Source of the DNA: an uncultured Ignavibacteria bacterium
GTDB taxonomy: Bacteria; Bacteroidota; Ignavibacteria; Tepidaquicellales; OLB5
Length of the DNA stretch: 64,000 nucleotides
Assembly (NCBI GenBank): GCA_963816535.1
Contig: CAWFKW010000003.1
Span: forward strand, 1,708,059 to 1,772,058
Direction: 5' to 3'
Shown here piece after piece: positions 1 to 9,682 of this stretch. The notes under the pieces were generated by a model. The model saw only the letters and a program-made list of their open reading frames with translations. It had not been told where the DNA came from and searched no databases. Position numbers and translations under genes: made by a program. Each line of letters begins with the position of its first letter. Position 1 is the first letter of the stretch.

Positions 1-2
1 TT

Positions 3-914
3 AAGGACAAAAATACGGTGTTAACCGTAGGGACCTTCGATGGAGTTCACCTCGCTCACAGGCAGATAATAGGTATGGTTCTGAAGCTTGCCAACAAAAG
101 GAGCGCCCGTTCATTTATCGTAACGTTTGAACCGCACCCTCAGGAAGTTCTGAAAACCAAAACGCCTGATATAAAAATGCTTTGCAGCATTGAAGAAAAG
201 CTGAAGATGTTCGATGAGCTTGGCGTTGGAAACGTGCTGGTAATTGAATTCACATGGGAATTTTCGAAGACAAAGGCGCACGAGTTTTACGAGAACATGA
301 TCTGCGGAAAAATAGGCATATGCGATCTTGTTGTGGGATACGACCACCTGTTCGGAAAAGACAGGGAAGGAAACTTCGAGGCGCTGAAGACGCTCAGCGA
401 AGAGTTTCATTTCGGGGTTCACAGGGTTGAAGAAATTGACGTCGGCGGCATGCCGGTATCAAGCACAAGGATACGCAAACTGATGGCCGAGGGGATGATA
501 CATGAAGCCAATAAACTGCTTGGATATGAATATGGGTTCGAAGGGATAGTGGTTGAAGGCGACAAGGTCGGAAGAACGATAGGATTCCCGACAGTAAATC
601 TAAAGCCCGTAAAAGCCAATAAAGTGATGCCCAATGACGGCATATATTGCGTTAAGGTGAAACACAAAGAGGATACATATTTCGGGATGATGTATGTGGG
701 GTACCGCCCCACGCTGACCGAAGGCAAAGCGAGAGCTCTTGAAGTGAACATATTCGACTTCGGGAAGACCGTTTACGGCGATAAGCTGCAGATAAATTTC
801 CTTGTGAAGCTGCGCGAAGATAAAAAATTTGATTCAAAGGAAGCGCTGATAGAGCAGATAAAAAAAGATAAAGAGGATTCACTGAATTTCATAAACATAA
901 ACATAAAATCATAG
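3..914 (+). CDS. ribF: Bifunctional riboflavin kinase/FAD synthetase (5' end truncated by window)
   Basis: GTFDGVHLAH, VSSTRIR, GRTIGFPTVN and EVNIFDF motifs. Frame is open back to base 3. Sits upstream of rpsO-pnp. Confidence 0.96.
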   Translation, partial: KDKNTVLTVGTFDGVHLAHRQIIGMVLKLANKRSARSFIVTFEPHPQEVLKTKTPDIKMLCSIEEKLKMFDELGVGNVLVIEFTWEFSKTKAHEFYENMICGKIGICDLVVGYDHLFGKDREGNFEALKTLSEEFHFGVHRVEEIDVGGMPVSSTRIRKLMAEGMIHEANKLLGYEYGFEGIVVEGDKVGRTIGFPTVNLKPVKANKVMPNDGIYCVKVKHKEDTYFGMMYVGYRPTLTEGKARALEVNIFDFGKTVYGDKLQINFLVKLREDKKFDSKEALIEQIKKDKEDSLNFININIKS

Positions 915-937
915 AGCAACAAATTTAAGGAGATAAG

Positions 938-1210
938 ATGTCTTTAAACAAAGATCAGAAACAGGAACTTGTTTCTAAGTACGGGAAGGGCCCGAAGGAT
1001 TCGGGGGCGCCCGAGGTGCAGATCGCGATCTTAACCAACAGGATCAACGATTTGCAGGCGACGCATTTTGATAAGAACAAAAAAGACAACCACTCGAGGC
1101 TTGGCCTTCTCAAAATGGTTGGTAAAAGAAGAAGGCTGTTAAGGTATCTTGAGAACAAAGATATCGAGCGCTACAGGAAGATTATTAAAGAACTTAACAT
1201 AAGAAAGTAA
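938..1210 (+). CDS. rpsO: 30S ribosomal protein S15
   Basis: [42 protein letters not shown]. Confidence 0.99.
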   Translation: MSLNKDQKQELVSKYGKGPKDSGAPEVQIAILTNRINDLQATHFDKNKKDNHSRLGLLKMVGKRRRLLRYLENKDIERYRKIIKELNIRK

Positions 1211-1287
1211 GTATATCGAATCCGGGCGGTTAATTAAAACCGGCCTGTTGACGGATAGTTGTTTTCAGGGAGAATAAAAAAAAAGAA

Positions 1288-3471
1288 ATGGTAACTACAA
1301 AAGAAATAAACATAGACGGTCAGATACTTAAGCTTGAGACAGGGAAACTTGCCAAGCAGGCAAGCGGCGCCGTGCTTGCAACATACGGCGATACAATAGT
1401 TCTTGCGACGGTTGTAGGAGCGGAAAACCCGGTCGAAGGACAGGATTTTTTCCCGCTGCAGGTTGAATACAGGGAAAAAACAGCGGCGGTTGGAAGGATC
1501 CCCGGCGGATTTTTCAAACGCGAAGGCAAACCGAGCGAAAAAGAAGTGCTTACATCAAGGTTAATAGACAGGCCGATCAGGCCGTTATTCCCCGATGGCT
1601 ATAAGTGCGAAACTCAAATTATTATCGGCGTCTATTCATCTGACCAGGAAAATGATTCGGACGTGGTAGCGGCGGTTGCAGCTTCTGCGGCGCTAATGGT
1701 ATCCGACATACCGTTCGAAGGGCCAATCGGCGAAGTAAGAGTAGGCAGAGTTAACGGCGAGTTCCTTGTGAACCCTACGCATACTCAGCTTAAAGAAAGC
1801 GATATGGACCTTATTGTTGGCGGCACGGAAGACTCGGTTGTGATGGTCGAAGGCGAAGCGAACGAAGCTTCAGAAACAGATTTGTTAAATGCCATCCGGT
1901 TCGCGCACGAGAACATTAAGCTTCTTTGCATAGCGCAGAAAGAGCTTGCAGCTGAATGCGGAAAGCCGAAACGCGAAGCGAAGCCCGCGGAAGTTAACGA
2001 AGAGCTTGTTAATGAAGTGAAGAGCCTTAGTTTTGACAAACTGAAAGAAATTCACCGCACCGCTTATAAGAAAGAAGAAAGAAGCCTGAAAACAAAAGAG
2101 CTTTTCGATTCAGTAATTGAAGCTCTAAAAGAAAAATACCCGGAACAGGAAAAAGCGATCTATACGATTTATGATGACCTTCAGTATGAAGATATGAGAG
2201 AAATGATACTTACCGAAGGCAAAAGAATAGACGGCAGAACCACGAAAGACATCAGAACAATAACCTGCGAAGTCGGAATACTGCCAAGAACCCACGGTTC
2301 GTCGCTCTTCACAAGAGGCGAGACCCAGAGCTTAACATCTCTTACGCTGGGAACAAAGATGGACCAGCAGAGAATAGACGGCTTACTTCCCGAAGACGAC
2401 AAATCGTTTATGCTTCACTATAACTTCCCGCCGTTTTCAACGGGCGAAACCGGAAGGTTTACGGGTCCGGGAAGGCGCGAGATCGGGCACGGACACCTGG
2501 CGGAGCGCTCACTAAAGAGCGTGCTTCCGGATGAAAAAGATTTTCCGTATACGATCAGGATCGTATCTGACATTCTTGAATCAAACGGCTCTTCTTCGAT
2601 GGCTACCGTTTGCGCAGGCACGCTTGCGCTTATGGATGGCGGCGTTGGCATTAAAAAGCCGGTTGCCGGTATCGCGATGGGACTTATAAAAGAAGGCGAC
2701 AGGATCGCGGTGCTTTCTGATATACTTGGAAATGAAGATCATTTAGGCGATATGGATTTCAAAGTATGCGGCACAACCGAAGGTATCACCGGATTCCAGA
2801 TGGATATAAAGATAAAAGGCGTTTCATTCGAGATAATGGAAACAGCTTTGCTTCAGGCAAAAGAAGGCAGGCTGCATATACTTGGAATAATGAAAGAAAC
2901 GCTTGCCGAGCCTAGAGCAAGCATATCCTCATACGCTCCGCACCTGTACACAATGACCGTTCCAATCGATATGATAGGCGCGGTAATTGGCCCGGGCGGC
3001 AAGAATATCAGGCATATTATAGAGCAAAGCGGCGCTGAAATTAATATTGAAGACGACGGAACGGTTACAATTGCAGCGGTTTCAGGCGAATCAGCAAGTA
3101 TCGCTCAATCTATGATAGCAAAGATAACCGAAGTTCCTGAAGTTGGAAAGATATACCAGGGTAAAGTAGTAAAGACAACCGAATTCGGCGCGTTTGTTGA
3201 AATTCTGCCGGGCAAAGAAGGCTTACTGCACATTTCACAAATTGACATTAAACGCGTTGCTAAGGTTGAAGACGTACTGAAACGCGGCGATGAAATTGAA
3301 GTTAAAGTTATCGCAATAGATAAAGAGAACGGCAAATATTCGCTCAGCAGAAAAGTGCTGATGGAAGGCTACAATCCCGAAGACGATAAGGATAAAGGGG
3401 AACGTAAACATCACAGCGGCGGCGGCGACCGCAGGCGCCACGATGGACACAGAGAACATAAGAAGGATTGA
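1288..3471 (+). CDS. pnp: Polyribonucleotide nucleotidyltransferase (PNPase)
   Basis: GGFFKREGKP, FTRGETQ, RREIGHG, SNGSSSMATVC, EDHLGDMDFKV, plus KH and S1 domains. Confidence 0.99.
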   Translation: MVTTKEINIDGQILKLETGKLAKQASGAVLATYGDTIVLATVVGAENPVEGQDFFPLQVEYREKTAAVGRIPGGFFKREGKPSEKEVLTSRLIDRPIRPLFPDGYKCETQIIIGVYSSDQENDSDVVAAVAASAALMVSDIPFEGPIGEVRVGRVNGEFLVNPTHTQLKESDMDLIVGGTEDSVVMVEGEANEASETDLLNAIRFAHENIKLLCIAQKELAAECGKPKREAKPAEVNEELVNEVKSLSFDKLKEIHRTAYKKEERSLKTKELFDSVIEALKEKYPEQEKAIYTIYDDLQYEDMREMILTEGKRIDGRTTKDIRTITCEVGILPRTHGSSLFTRGETQSLTSLTLGTKMDQQRIDGLLPEDDKSFMLHYNFPPFSTGETGRFTGPGRREIGHGHLAERSLKSVLPDEKDFPYTIRIVSDILESNGSSSMATVCAGTLALMDGGVGIKKPVAGIAMGLIKEGDRIAVLSDILGNEDHLGDMDFKVCGTTEGITGFQMDIKIKGVSFEIMETALLQAKEGRLHILGIMKETLAEPRASISSYAPHLYTMTVPIDMIGAVIGPGGKNIRHIIEQSGAEINIEDDGTVTIAAVSGESASIAQSMIAKITEVPEVGKIYQGKVVKTTEFGAFVEILPGKEGLLHISQIDIKRVAKVEDVLKRGDEIEVKVIAIDKENGKYSLSRKVLMEGYNPEDDKDKGERKHHSGGGDRRRHDGHREHKKD

Positions 3472-3472
3472 T

Positions 3473-3500
3473 GATTTGAGATTTGAGATGTAAGATTTAA
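3473..3500 (+). repeat. Degenerate heptamer tandem repeat (GATTTGA x4)
   Basis: gatttga gatttga gatgtaa gatttaa, directly after the pnp stop. Confidence 0.6.
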
Positions 3501-3515
3501 AAGATTCAGATAAAT

Positions 3516-3550
3516 AAAAATGCGGACTTAAAATGTTCGCATTTTTGTTT
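3516..3550 (+). terminator. Probable intrinsic terminator of ribF-rpsO-pnp
   Basis: aaaaatgcggac...gttcgcatttttgttt hairpin with U-tract. Confidence 0.6.
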
Positions 3551-3602
3551 AAACCAATTTCTAAATGCCATAAGAACAAAGGATAATTCTCCGGGTATGG
3601 AA

Positions 3603-3650
3603 TTGAAAATATTGAGCGAAAAGGATATATTGTAATAAATTGTAATACAA
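3603..3650 (+). promoter_or_regulatory. Sigma70-type promoter and probable operator of the RHH-PIN TA operon
   Basis: TTGAAA-N17-TATATT, overlapped by the direct repeat ATTGTAATA (3629, 3639) and the palindrome TTGTA-A-TACAA. Confidence 0.6.
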
Positions 3651-3874
3651 TGAGAGAAATTCTATCAATCAGTTTGACGGCAAAATTAAAACGCAAAATT
3701 AACAGCGCTTCAAGGCAGTATAAACTGTCTAAAAGCGAGATAGTAAAGCGGGCGCTTGATAAATATCTTGTAAGTATGGATTTTTTGAAACTCCGGGAAA
3801 AGATGATGCCATATGCGCGAAAAAAGAATTACTTTTCTGATGAAGACATTTTCAGCGATAAAGACATTTCTTGA
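3650..3874 (+). CDS. Ribbon-helix-helix (CopG-like) antitoxin
   Basis: ILSISL beta strand followed by LSKSEIVKRALDKYL helix. Overlaps the PIN gene by 4 nt. Confidence 0.8.
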   Translation: MREILSISLTAKLKRKINSASRQYKLSKSEIVKRALDKYLVSMDFLKLREKMMPYARKKNYFSDEDIFSDKDIS

Positions 3875-4269
3875 AGATTGTTTTTGATACTAACGTTATT
3901 ATGTCCGCTTTTTTAACGGAAGGTCTGTCTTATAAAGTATTTGATGAATGCCTGAATAATTTCGATATTGTTATATCAAAATGGATTATCTCGGAAATTC
4001 AAGAGAAGTTACAGGTTAAATTTAGAATTCCGAATCCTCAGATCAATCAACTTACCAAATTCCTAAGAACAAATTTGATAAACCTGGACCCAATCGGCCC
4101 GCTTCCCGGGGTTTGCCGGGACAGTGACGATAACAATGTTCTTAAATTAGCCGATTTTTCCCGGGCGGATGTGATTGTAACAGGCGACAAAGATTTACTT
4201 GTTTTAAAATCCTATTTAGGGGCCAAAATCATGAACCCACGGCAGTTTTTTGAAAAGTATCTTCATTGA
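3871..4269 (+). CDS. PIN-domain toxin (VapC-like)
   Basis: MKIVFDTNV, CRDSDDN and IVTGDKDLL acidic PIN motifs. TTG start. Confidence 0.9.
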   Translation: MKIVFDTNVIMSAFLTEGLSYKVFDECLNNFDIVISKWIISEIQEKLQVKFRIPNPQINQLTKFLRTNLINLDPIGPLPGVCRDSDDNNVLKLADFSRADVIVTGDKDLLVLKSYLGAKIMNPRQFFEKYLH

Positions 4270-4309
4270 AATTCTTGAAAATCAAGAAACCAATAGAATC
4301 AATCAATAA

Positions 4310-5827
4310 ATGAATTTTTCTCCCATCGATTACGGCATTGTAGCGGTCTATCTTGTTGGCGTTGTAGTTTACGGATTTATTTCATCGCGTAAGCAGAAAA
4401 CCACAAAGGATTATTTCCTTGGCGGCAAAGAAATGAAGTGGTGGGCAGTTGGACTTTCAATAGTAGCCAGCGAAACCAGCACTCTTACATTTATCAGCAT
4501 TCCCGGACTTGCATACCGCGGCAATTTGCAGTTTATGCAATTAATATTCGGATATTTTGTAGGCAGGCTGCTTGTAACTGTTATTTTTATCCCTGCTTAT
4601 TATAAAGGCGATATTGAAACCGCTTATGATTTCCTCGGCAAGCGGTTTGGACAGGGTCTTCGAAAACTTACATCATCTGTTTTTATAATAACCAGAGTTC
4701 TTGCTTCAGGAGTTAGATTATTCGCTACCGCAATTCCCGTTCACATAATAACCGGGTATGACTATCCTACCAGTATAGCAATTATCGGAGTATTCACGCT
4801 AATATATACTTACCTGGGCGGCTTAAAGGCTGTGGTCACAATGGACGTGGTTCAGATGTTTATATATGTTGGCGGCGCTGTAACATCTATGATCATTGTG
4901 TTTCACTACCTGCCAAATGGATTAGACGACGTAATAAAATACGCGACAATTAACGGAACAAACAAATTTGAAATTTTCAGCGTTAACCCATTCACAAATT
5001 TTTCTGAATTCTTTGCAGCTCCTTACACGCTTGTGGGCGCGCTTCTTGGCGGAACATTTCTAACAATGGCTTCACATGGCACGGACCAGCTGCTTGTACA
5101 AAGACTGCTTGGCTGTAAAACAAAGAAAGAGAGCCAAAAAGCGCTGATGCTTGACGCTACGGTTATAGTAATTCAGTTTGCATTCTTTTTATTCCTTGGT
5201 TTGTGCCTCTATGCGTTTTATCACGGCGTTGCCTTTAACGAGCTTGTAATGAAATCAACAGGTCTAAAGCTATCCAGCTCAGACGAGATTTTCCCGAAGT
5301 TTATCGTTGAAAATCTGCCGGCAGGAGTTGCAGGCCTTGTGATAGCGGGCATTCTTGCATCTGCCATGGGCACGCTTTCGTCTGCAATCAGCTCGCTTGC
5401 CTCTTCCACTTATCTTGATCTGTTCCGCCCAAGGTCAAAAGAAGGAATCGCAGAAAAGGGCGACCCGAAAAAAGAAATGTTCTGGTCGCGGATCTTCACA
5501 TTAGTGTGGGGCGCAGCTCTCACAGGCGGCGCAATGATATTTAAGGATTCAAAGAACCCCGTGGTTGAGCTGGGCTTATCCATTGCATCGTTTACATACG
5601 GCGGATTGCTTGGAACGTTTTTGCTTGGCGTGTTCTTTAAGAAAATAAAACAGGCCGACGCCTCTATAGGGTTTATATGTGGAATTCTTGGGATGGTTTT
5701 TGTAATTTACTATACCAAAACGGCATATACATGGTACACTGTTATAGGGGTTATTATAACGATTCTGGTTGCGAACATTGTAAATTTATTTACTAACAAA
5801 AAAACTAAAACGGCAGAACAAATATGA
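4310..5827 (+). CDS. Sodium:solute symporter family transporter
   Basis: DYFLGG, SIVASETSTLTFISIPG, GGLKAVVTMD, DQLLVQRLL. About 13 hydrophobic segments. Confidence 0.93.
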   Translation: MNFSPIDYGIVAVYLVGVVVYGFISSRKQKTTKDYFLGGKEMKWWAVGLSIVASETSTLTFISIPGLAYRGNLQFMQLIFGYFVGRLLVTVIFIPAYYKGDIETAYDFLGKRFGQGLRKLTSSVFIITRVLASGVRLFATAIPVHIITGYDYPTSIAIIGVFTLIYTYLGGLKAVVTMDVVQMFIYVGGAVTSMIIVFHYLPNGLDDVIKYATINGTNKFEIFSVNPFTNFSEFFAAPYTLVGALLGGTFLTMASHGTDQLLVQRLLGCKTKKESQKALMLDATVIVIQFAFFLFLGLCLYAFYHGVAFNELVMKSTGLKLSSSDEIFPKFIVENLPAGVAGLVIAGILASAMGTLSSAISSLASSTYLDLFRPRSKEGIAEKGDPKKEMFWSRIFTLVWGAALTGGAMIFKDSKNPVVELGLSIASFTYGGLLGTFLLGVFFKKIKQADASIGFICGILGMVFVIYYTKTAYTWYTVIGVIITILVANIVNLFTNKKTKTAEQI

Positions 5828-6558
5828 AACTAGCAATCCCGATTTTCCTGTTTCTTTCGCTTGCGTCCGGTTTGTATGCGCAGAGCTATACATTAGAAAC
5901 AAAAGAAATTAAAAAGAAGGTCGAAAAACCAAAACAGTACGAGGTAGATATTTCATACCCGCAGATCAAGGGACTCAACAACTCTTCGCAGGACGGGTTC
6001 AACAAAATGATGACCTCGCGAATGAACGCTGAAAAAGACACTTTTGTCGCCTGGATGAAGGACTGGGAAGTAATGAATCACCAGCCGGACATGGGAAGTT
6101 ATTATGATGTGAACGATACAGTGTTATACATGGATTCAAAATTGATCAGCGTAATTTGTTACGTTGATACATATTCCGAAGGAGCGGCGCATCCAAATAA
6201 CTGGTCATTCAGTATTAATTACGACCTCAGCAGGAACAAAGAGATATCGCTTTCAGATTTGTTCACTGGCGATTATGTCAAATTCTTTTCGGATTATTGT
6301 ATTAAAGATATTACAAAACAGAAAAAAGAAAACTATGCGCCGGATCTTAACGCGCCCGATGACTTCACGCTGGACGGAGCAGGACCAAAGGAAGAAAATT
6401 TTAAAGACTTCAATCCTACAAAAGAAGGCTTCTTGATTACATTCCCGACATACCAGGTTGGGGCGTATGTGGAGGGGCCTATGGAAGTGTTGATACCGTA
6501 CAATCTCTTAAAGGATTATGCAAAAGCAGGCGGACCGCTTGAAAGCTTTGTGAAATAG
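5824..6558 (+). CDS. Secreted DUF3298/DUF4163 (RsiV/PdaC-like) protein
   Basis: Signal peptide, EGAAHPN, INYDL...ISLSDLF and FPTYQVGAYVEG motifs. Confidence 0.8.
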   Translation: MKLAIPIFLFLSLASGLYAQSYTLETKEIKKKVEKPKQYEVDISYPQIKGLNNSSQDGFNKMMTSRMNAEKDTFVAWMKDWEVMNHQPDMGSYYDVNDTVLYMDSKLISVICYVDTYSEGAAHPNNWSFSINYDLSRNKEISLSDLFTGDYVKFFSDYCIKDITKQKKENYAPDLNAPDDFTLDGAGPKEENFKDFNPTKEGFLITFPTYQVGAYVEGPMEVLIPYNLLKDYAKAGGPLESFVK

Positions 6559-6590
6559 TTAAACAAAGTTCCGGGCTGATTATTTTTTTT

Positions 6591-6625
6591 AAGCCAAATC
6601 TGATTTTTCGGGTTTGGCTTTTTTT
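6591..6625 (+). terminator. Intrinsic terminator
   Basis: aagccaaatctga...tcgggtttggctt followed by a T-tract. Confidence 0.75.
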
Positions 6626-6673
6626 GTTCGCATCCGAGGCTTTAATATACCATTATACTGTTACATTTCCTGA

Positions 6674-6700
6674 TTAAACCTTTCCCCTTTCCTGTTGTCT
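6674..6700 (+). promoter_or_regulatory. Candidate ECF sigma promoter
   Basis: TTAAACCTTT with AAAC-N16-TGTC. The same motif precedes the paralogue at 7860. Confidence 0.5.
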
Positions 6701-6776
6701 TATTACCAGAAGACTCAAAAAAATCACAAAAACAATAAAAATCAGCAATTTAAACGAGAAACGGGAGATATTTGCA

Positions 6777-7754
6777 ATGAAGTATTCAAAGAAATTAACA
6801 ATGTTTGCTGTTATTGCGCTTTTAGCCGGAATGTCGGCATATTTTGCGGCATGCAGCAACAGCGTAACAACTACGCCAATCACAGATGAGGATTTCATCA
6901 AGGGAGTTGTAACCGGAACATATTCCGACGGGGCTTCAGAAAGTCCATTACTATCGACAACCGCCTCGGATCTTGACGACGGCGGAGCTGTAGCTGACCA
7001 GGATAACGGCGGAGGGAACCCGATCGATTCGCTTAAGAGATGGGGAAGAAAAGTTTTGTCGGTAGCTGTTGACGTCCAGATCACCAACGAAGGCGACACG
7101 GTAAAATCAGCTCTTGTTACCCGGACCATTACAGGGGTGTTTATTATCAGGGGATATTCAGGAGGAGTTATGGATTCAGTTAACAAACCATATACAGAAG
7201 TTCTGAAAAGAACGATCGACTTCAAGAGAATTAATACTACATCAGACCCAAGAAGGAACTGGAAGCTTTACCATGTTTCGATGGTAAACGGCAATACAAC
7301 AATGCCGCAAACGGGAACGGATAATATTACTATGACTAACATCAGCGTTTATGTAAACGGTAGCGCTACCCCGACGTATTCGTTCAACGGTCCGGATTTC
7401 AGCCAGAACGTATTTACCACAATCTGGGCAGGCGGCGCCGGAATCCCCGAATTTGACCGCGGGTCAACCATAAGGGTGGTTGTTTCACTTACATCAAACC
7501 AGCCGGATACAGATTATGTGGCGTGGCACTGGGTTAGAAATGCGTACGGTTTTCACAGGGTCGCTTTCACGTTGACATCAAGCATTGGTAACAGCGCAAG
7601 GACTTACGAGAAAACATTTACAATATTCAGCGATCACAGGATAGGCGTCTTTAACGGTTACATAAGCGCAAATACGCACAAATCATTATGGGATGACAAC
7701 CCGGCTTTATTCTCTTCTACAACAACCGGAACTCCATACAGAGTTACGCGTTAA
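6777..7754 (+). CDS. Hypothetical lipoprotein (paralogue A)
   Basis: Lipobox FAA-C. Shares RWGR, KPYTEVLKR, NWKLY, NGPDF, VAWHW and SANTH blocks with the next gene. Confidence 0.85.
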   Translation: MKYSKKLTMFAVIALLAGMSAYFAACSNSVTTTPITDEDFIKGVVTGTYSDGASESPLLSTTASDLDDGGAVADQDNGGGNPIDSLKRWGRKVLSVAVDVQITNEGDTVKSALVTRTITGVFIIRGYSGGVMDSVNKPYTEVLKRTIDFKRINTTSDPRRNWKLYHVSMVNGNTTMPQTGTDNITMTNISVYVNGSATPTYSFNGPDFSQNVFTTIWAGGAGIPEFDRGSTIRVVVSLTSNQPDTDYVAWHWVRNAYGFHRVAFTLTSSIGNSARTYEKTFTIFSDHRIGVFNGYISANTHKSLWDDNPALFSSTTTGTPYRVTR

Positions 7755-7781
7755 GAAATATTTTTACCTGAATATATTTCG

Positions 7782-7816
7782 GAGGCTGCTTTGAGAAAAG
7801 CGGCCTCTTGTTGTTT
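7782..7816 (+). terminator. Intrinsic terminator
   Basis: gaggctgctt...aagcggcctc followed by ttgttgttt. Confidence 0.65.
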
Positions 7817-7859
7817 ATGAATTCATAACTTTTTATTTTCACAAATACCCTGTTTAGGT

Positions 7860-7886
7860 TTAAACCTTTGGCGCCTGACCGCGTCA
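7860..7886 (+). promoter_or_regulatory. Candidate ECF sigma promoter
   Basis: TTAAACCTTT with AAAC-N16-CGTC. Confidence 0.55.
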
Positions 7887-7952
7887 TACTGTTACAAGGT
7901 CAAAAGAAAAAATAGATGAATCAAAAATAAAACTAAACAGGAGAAACAAGAA

Positions 7953-8936
7953 ATGAATTTACTAAAATCAGCAAAAGGCGCAATCGCGCTTCTTATCATC
8001 GGAGGCATCGCATTTTACTTTACAGCGTGCAGCCAGGATAACATAACTTCGGCGGATAATTTAACCGACGAACAATATCTTCAGCAGGTGGTTCAGTCAG
8101 GCACGGGAAGCAATAACCAGGCTGAAGAAGACCTGATGGCGGATGAATCAACGGATATGGACAACAGCGGCGCGGTCCCCAATAATGATAATCAAATTGA
8201 TACGCTGATAAGATGGGGAAGAAGAATAACCGGCGTAAACGTAAATTATTCTATTACTTCGCTTGGCGATACCGAAAAGACCGTAAATGTTACAAGAACT
8301 ATCACCGGCAATTATATTATTATAGGAAACATCAACGGATCAGTTGATACGATAGTAAAACCATACACGGAAGTTTTGAAGAGATACGTCGCATTTAAGA
8401 GGATTGCAAGAACTAACCATCCGAGGTTTAACTGGAAGCTTTACCAGGTTTCTATGGCAGACGCCCAAACAACCGCTCCGCAGGTTGGAAGCGATTACGT
8501 TAAAATGACTAAACTTGAAGTTTACGTTAACGGTACGCTGAAATATACTTTGAACGGGCCGGATTTTACGCAGGATGTATTTACAACAATACGTTTTGGC
8601 GGCGCGGGTATACCCTCGGTGAACAAAGGCGACCAGGTCAAAATGGTCTTATATACCAACTCAACCGAAACCGAAACGGATATAGTCGCATGGCACTGGG
8701 CGCGCAATACGTTTGGTTTCCACAGGGAGCCATTTGCAATGACCTCAAATGTGTGGAACCCGTCTATAAACGCATATGACAGGACATACGAGAAGACTTT
8801 CACAATCTACATGCAGCACAGGGCAGGTATCTTCAACGGGTACCTAAGCGCAAATACGCATCAGTCGTTATACGATAGTTCCCCCTCGCTGTTTGCATCT
8901 GATGAGCTTGGAACGCCGTACAAAGTGCTGCCATAA
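7953..8936 (+). CDS. Hypothetical lipoprotein (paralogue B)
   Basis: Lipobox FTA-C, AGGAG RBS, colinear similarity to 6777..7754. Confidence 0.85.
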   Translation: MNLLKSAKGAIALLIIGGIAFYFTACSQDNITSADNLTDEQYLQQVVQSGTGSNNQAEEDLMADESTDMDNSGAVPNNDNQIDTLIRWGRRITGVNVNYSITSLGDTEKTVNVTRTITGNYIIIGNINGSVDTIVKPYTEVLKRYVAFKRIARTNHPRFNWKLYQVSMADAQTTAPQVGSDYVKMTKLEVYVNGTLKYTLNGPDFTQDVFTTIRFGGAGIPSVNKGDQVKMVLYTNSTETETDIVAWHWARNTFGFHREPFAMTSNVWNPSINAYDRTYEKTFTIYMQHRAGIFNGYLSANTHQSLYDSSPSLFASDELGTPYKVLP

Positions 8937-8962
8937 TCAGGAAATAAATAGAGTTTTATCTT

Positions 8963-8996
8963 CAGAACCCTCCTTTAATAGGAGGGTTCTGCGTTT
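8963..8996 (+). terminator. Intrinsic terminator
   Basis: cagaaccctcc tttaata ggagggttctg, a perfect 11-bp stem. Confidence 0.7.
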
Positions 8997-9079
8997 ATGC
9001 ACAATTTTAATGGTTTAATCCGATATTACTATCACGTATATTTAATTTTACTTAAATTTGTAAAATTTATGCTATTACT

Positions 9080-9682
9080 ATGCCAAACTTAGTACTTATA
9101 CGCCACGGTCAATCCGAGTGGAACAAAGAAAACCGTTTTACGGGGTGGGTTGATATACCCCTTTCAGAAAACGGCAGGGAGGAGGCGCGCCAGGCAGGCG
9201 AGAAGCTCAAAGGGATGAAATTCGATAAGGGTTACACCTCCGTTCTTCAGCGGGCAACCGAAACTTACGATATTGCAGTTAAGGTTGCGGGGATTAATAT
9301 CCCGCTGGAAAAGGATAAAGCTCTGAATGAAAGAATGTACGGAGATTTGCAGGGATTGAATAAAGACGAATGCCGCAAGAAGTTTGGCGAAGAACAGGTG
9401 CACATCTGGCGCAGAAGCTACGACACTCCGCCTCCAAACGGGGAATCTCTTAGGGATACCGCCGATAGAACGCTTCCGTATTATAAACTAAAAATTGAAC
9501 CGGAGTTAAAAGCCGGGAATAATATACTTGTGGTGGCGCATGGGAACAGCCTAAGGGCGTTGATAATGTACCTGGACGATCTGAGCCCGGAGGAGATTGT
9601 GAAAGTGGAAATACCGACAGGCGTGCCGATATTATATGAACTGGATGAGAATTTGAAAATTGTCAATAAAAAGGAATTATAA
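9080..9682 (+). CDS. gpmA: 2,3-bisphosphoglycerate-dependent phosphoglycerate mutase
   Basis: LIRHGQSEWN, NRFTGW, LNERMYGDLQG, AHGNSLR, EIPTGVP. Confidence 0.97.
   Translation: MPNLVLIRHGQSEWNKENRFTGWVDIPLSENGREEARQAGEKLKGMKFDKGYTSVLQRATETYDIAVKVAGINIPLEKDKALNERMYGDLQGLNKDECRKKFGEEQVHIWRRSYDTPPPNGESLRDTADRTLPYYKLKIEPELKAGNNILVVAHGNSLRALIMYLDDLSPEEIVKVEIPTGVPILYELDENLKIVNKKEL

Noticed and set aside
3235-3696. 153-aa minus-strand ORF and the many other antisense ORFs in the track
   Set aside because: Shadow frames of well-supported genes, with no RBS or family motifs.
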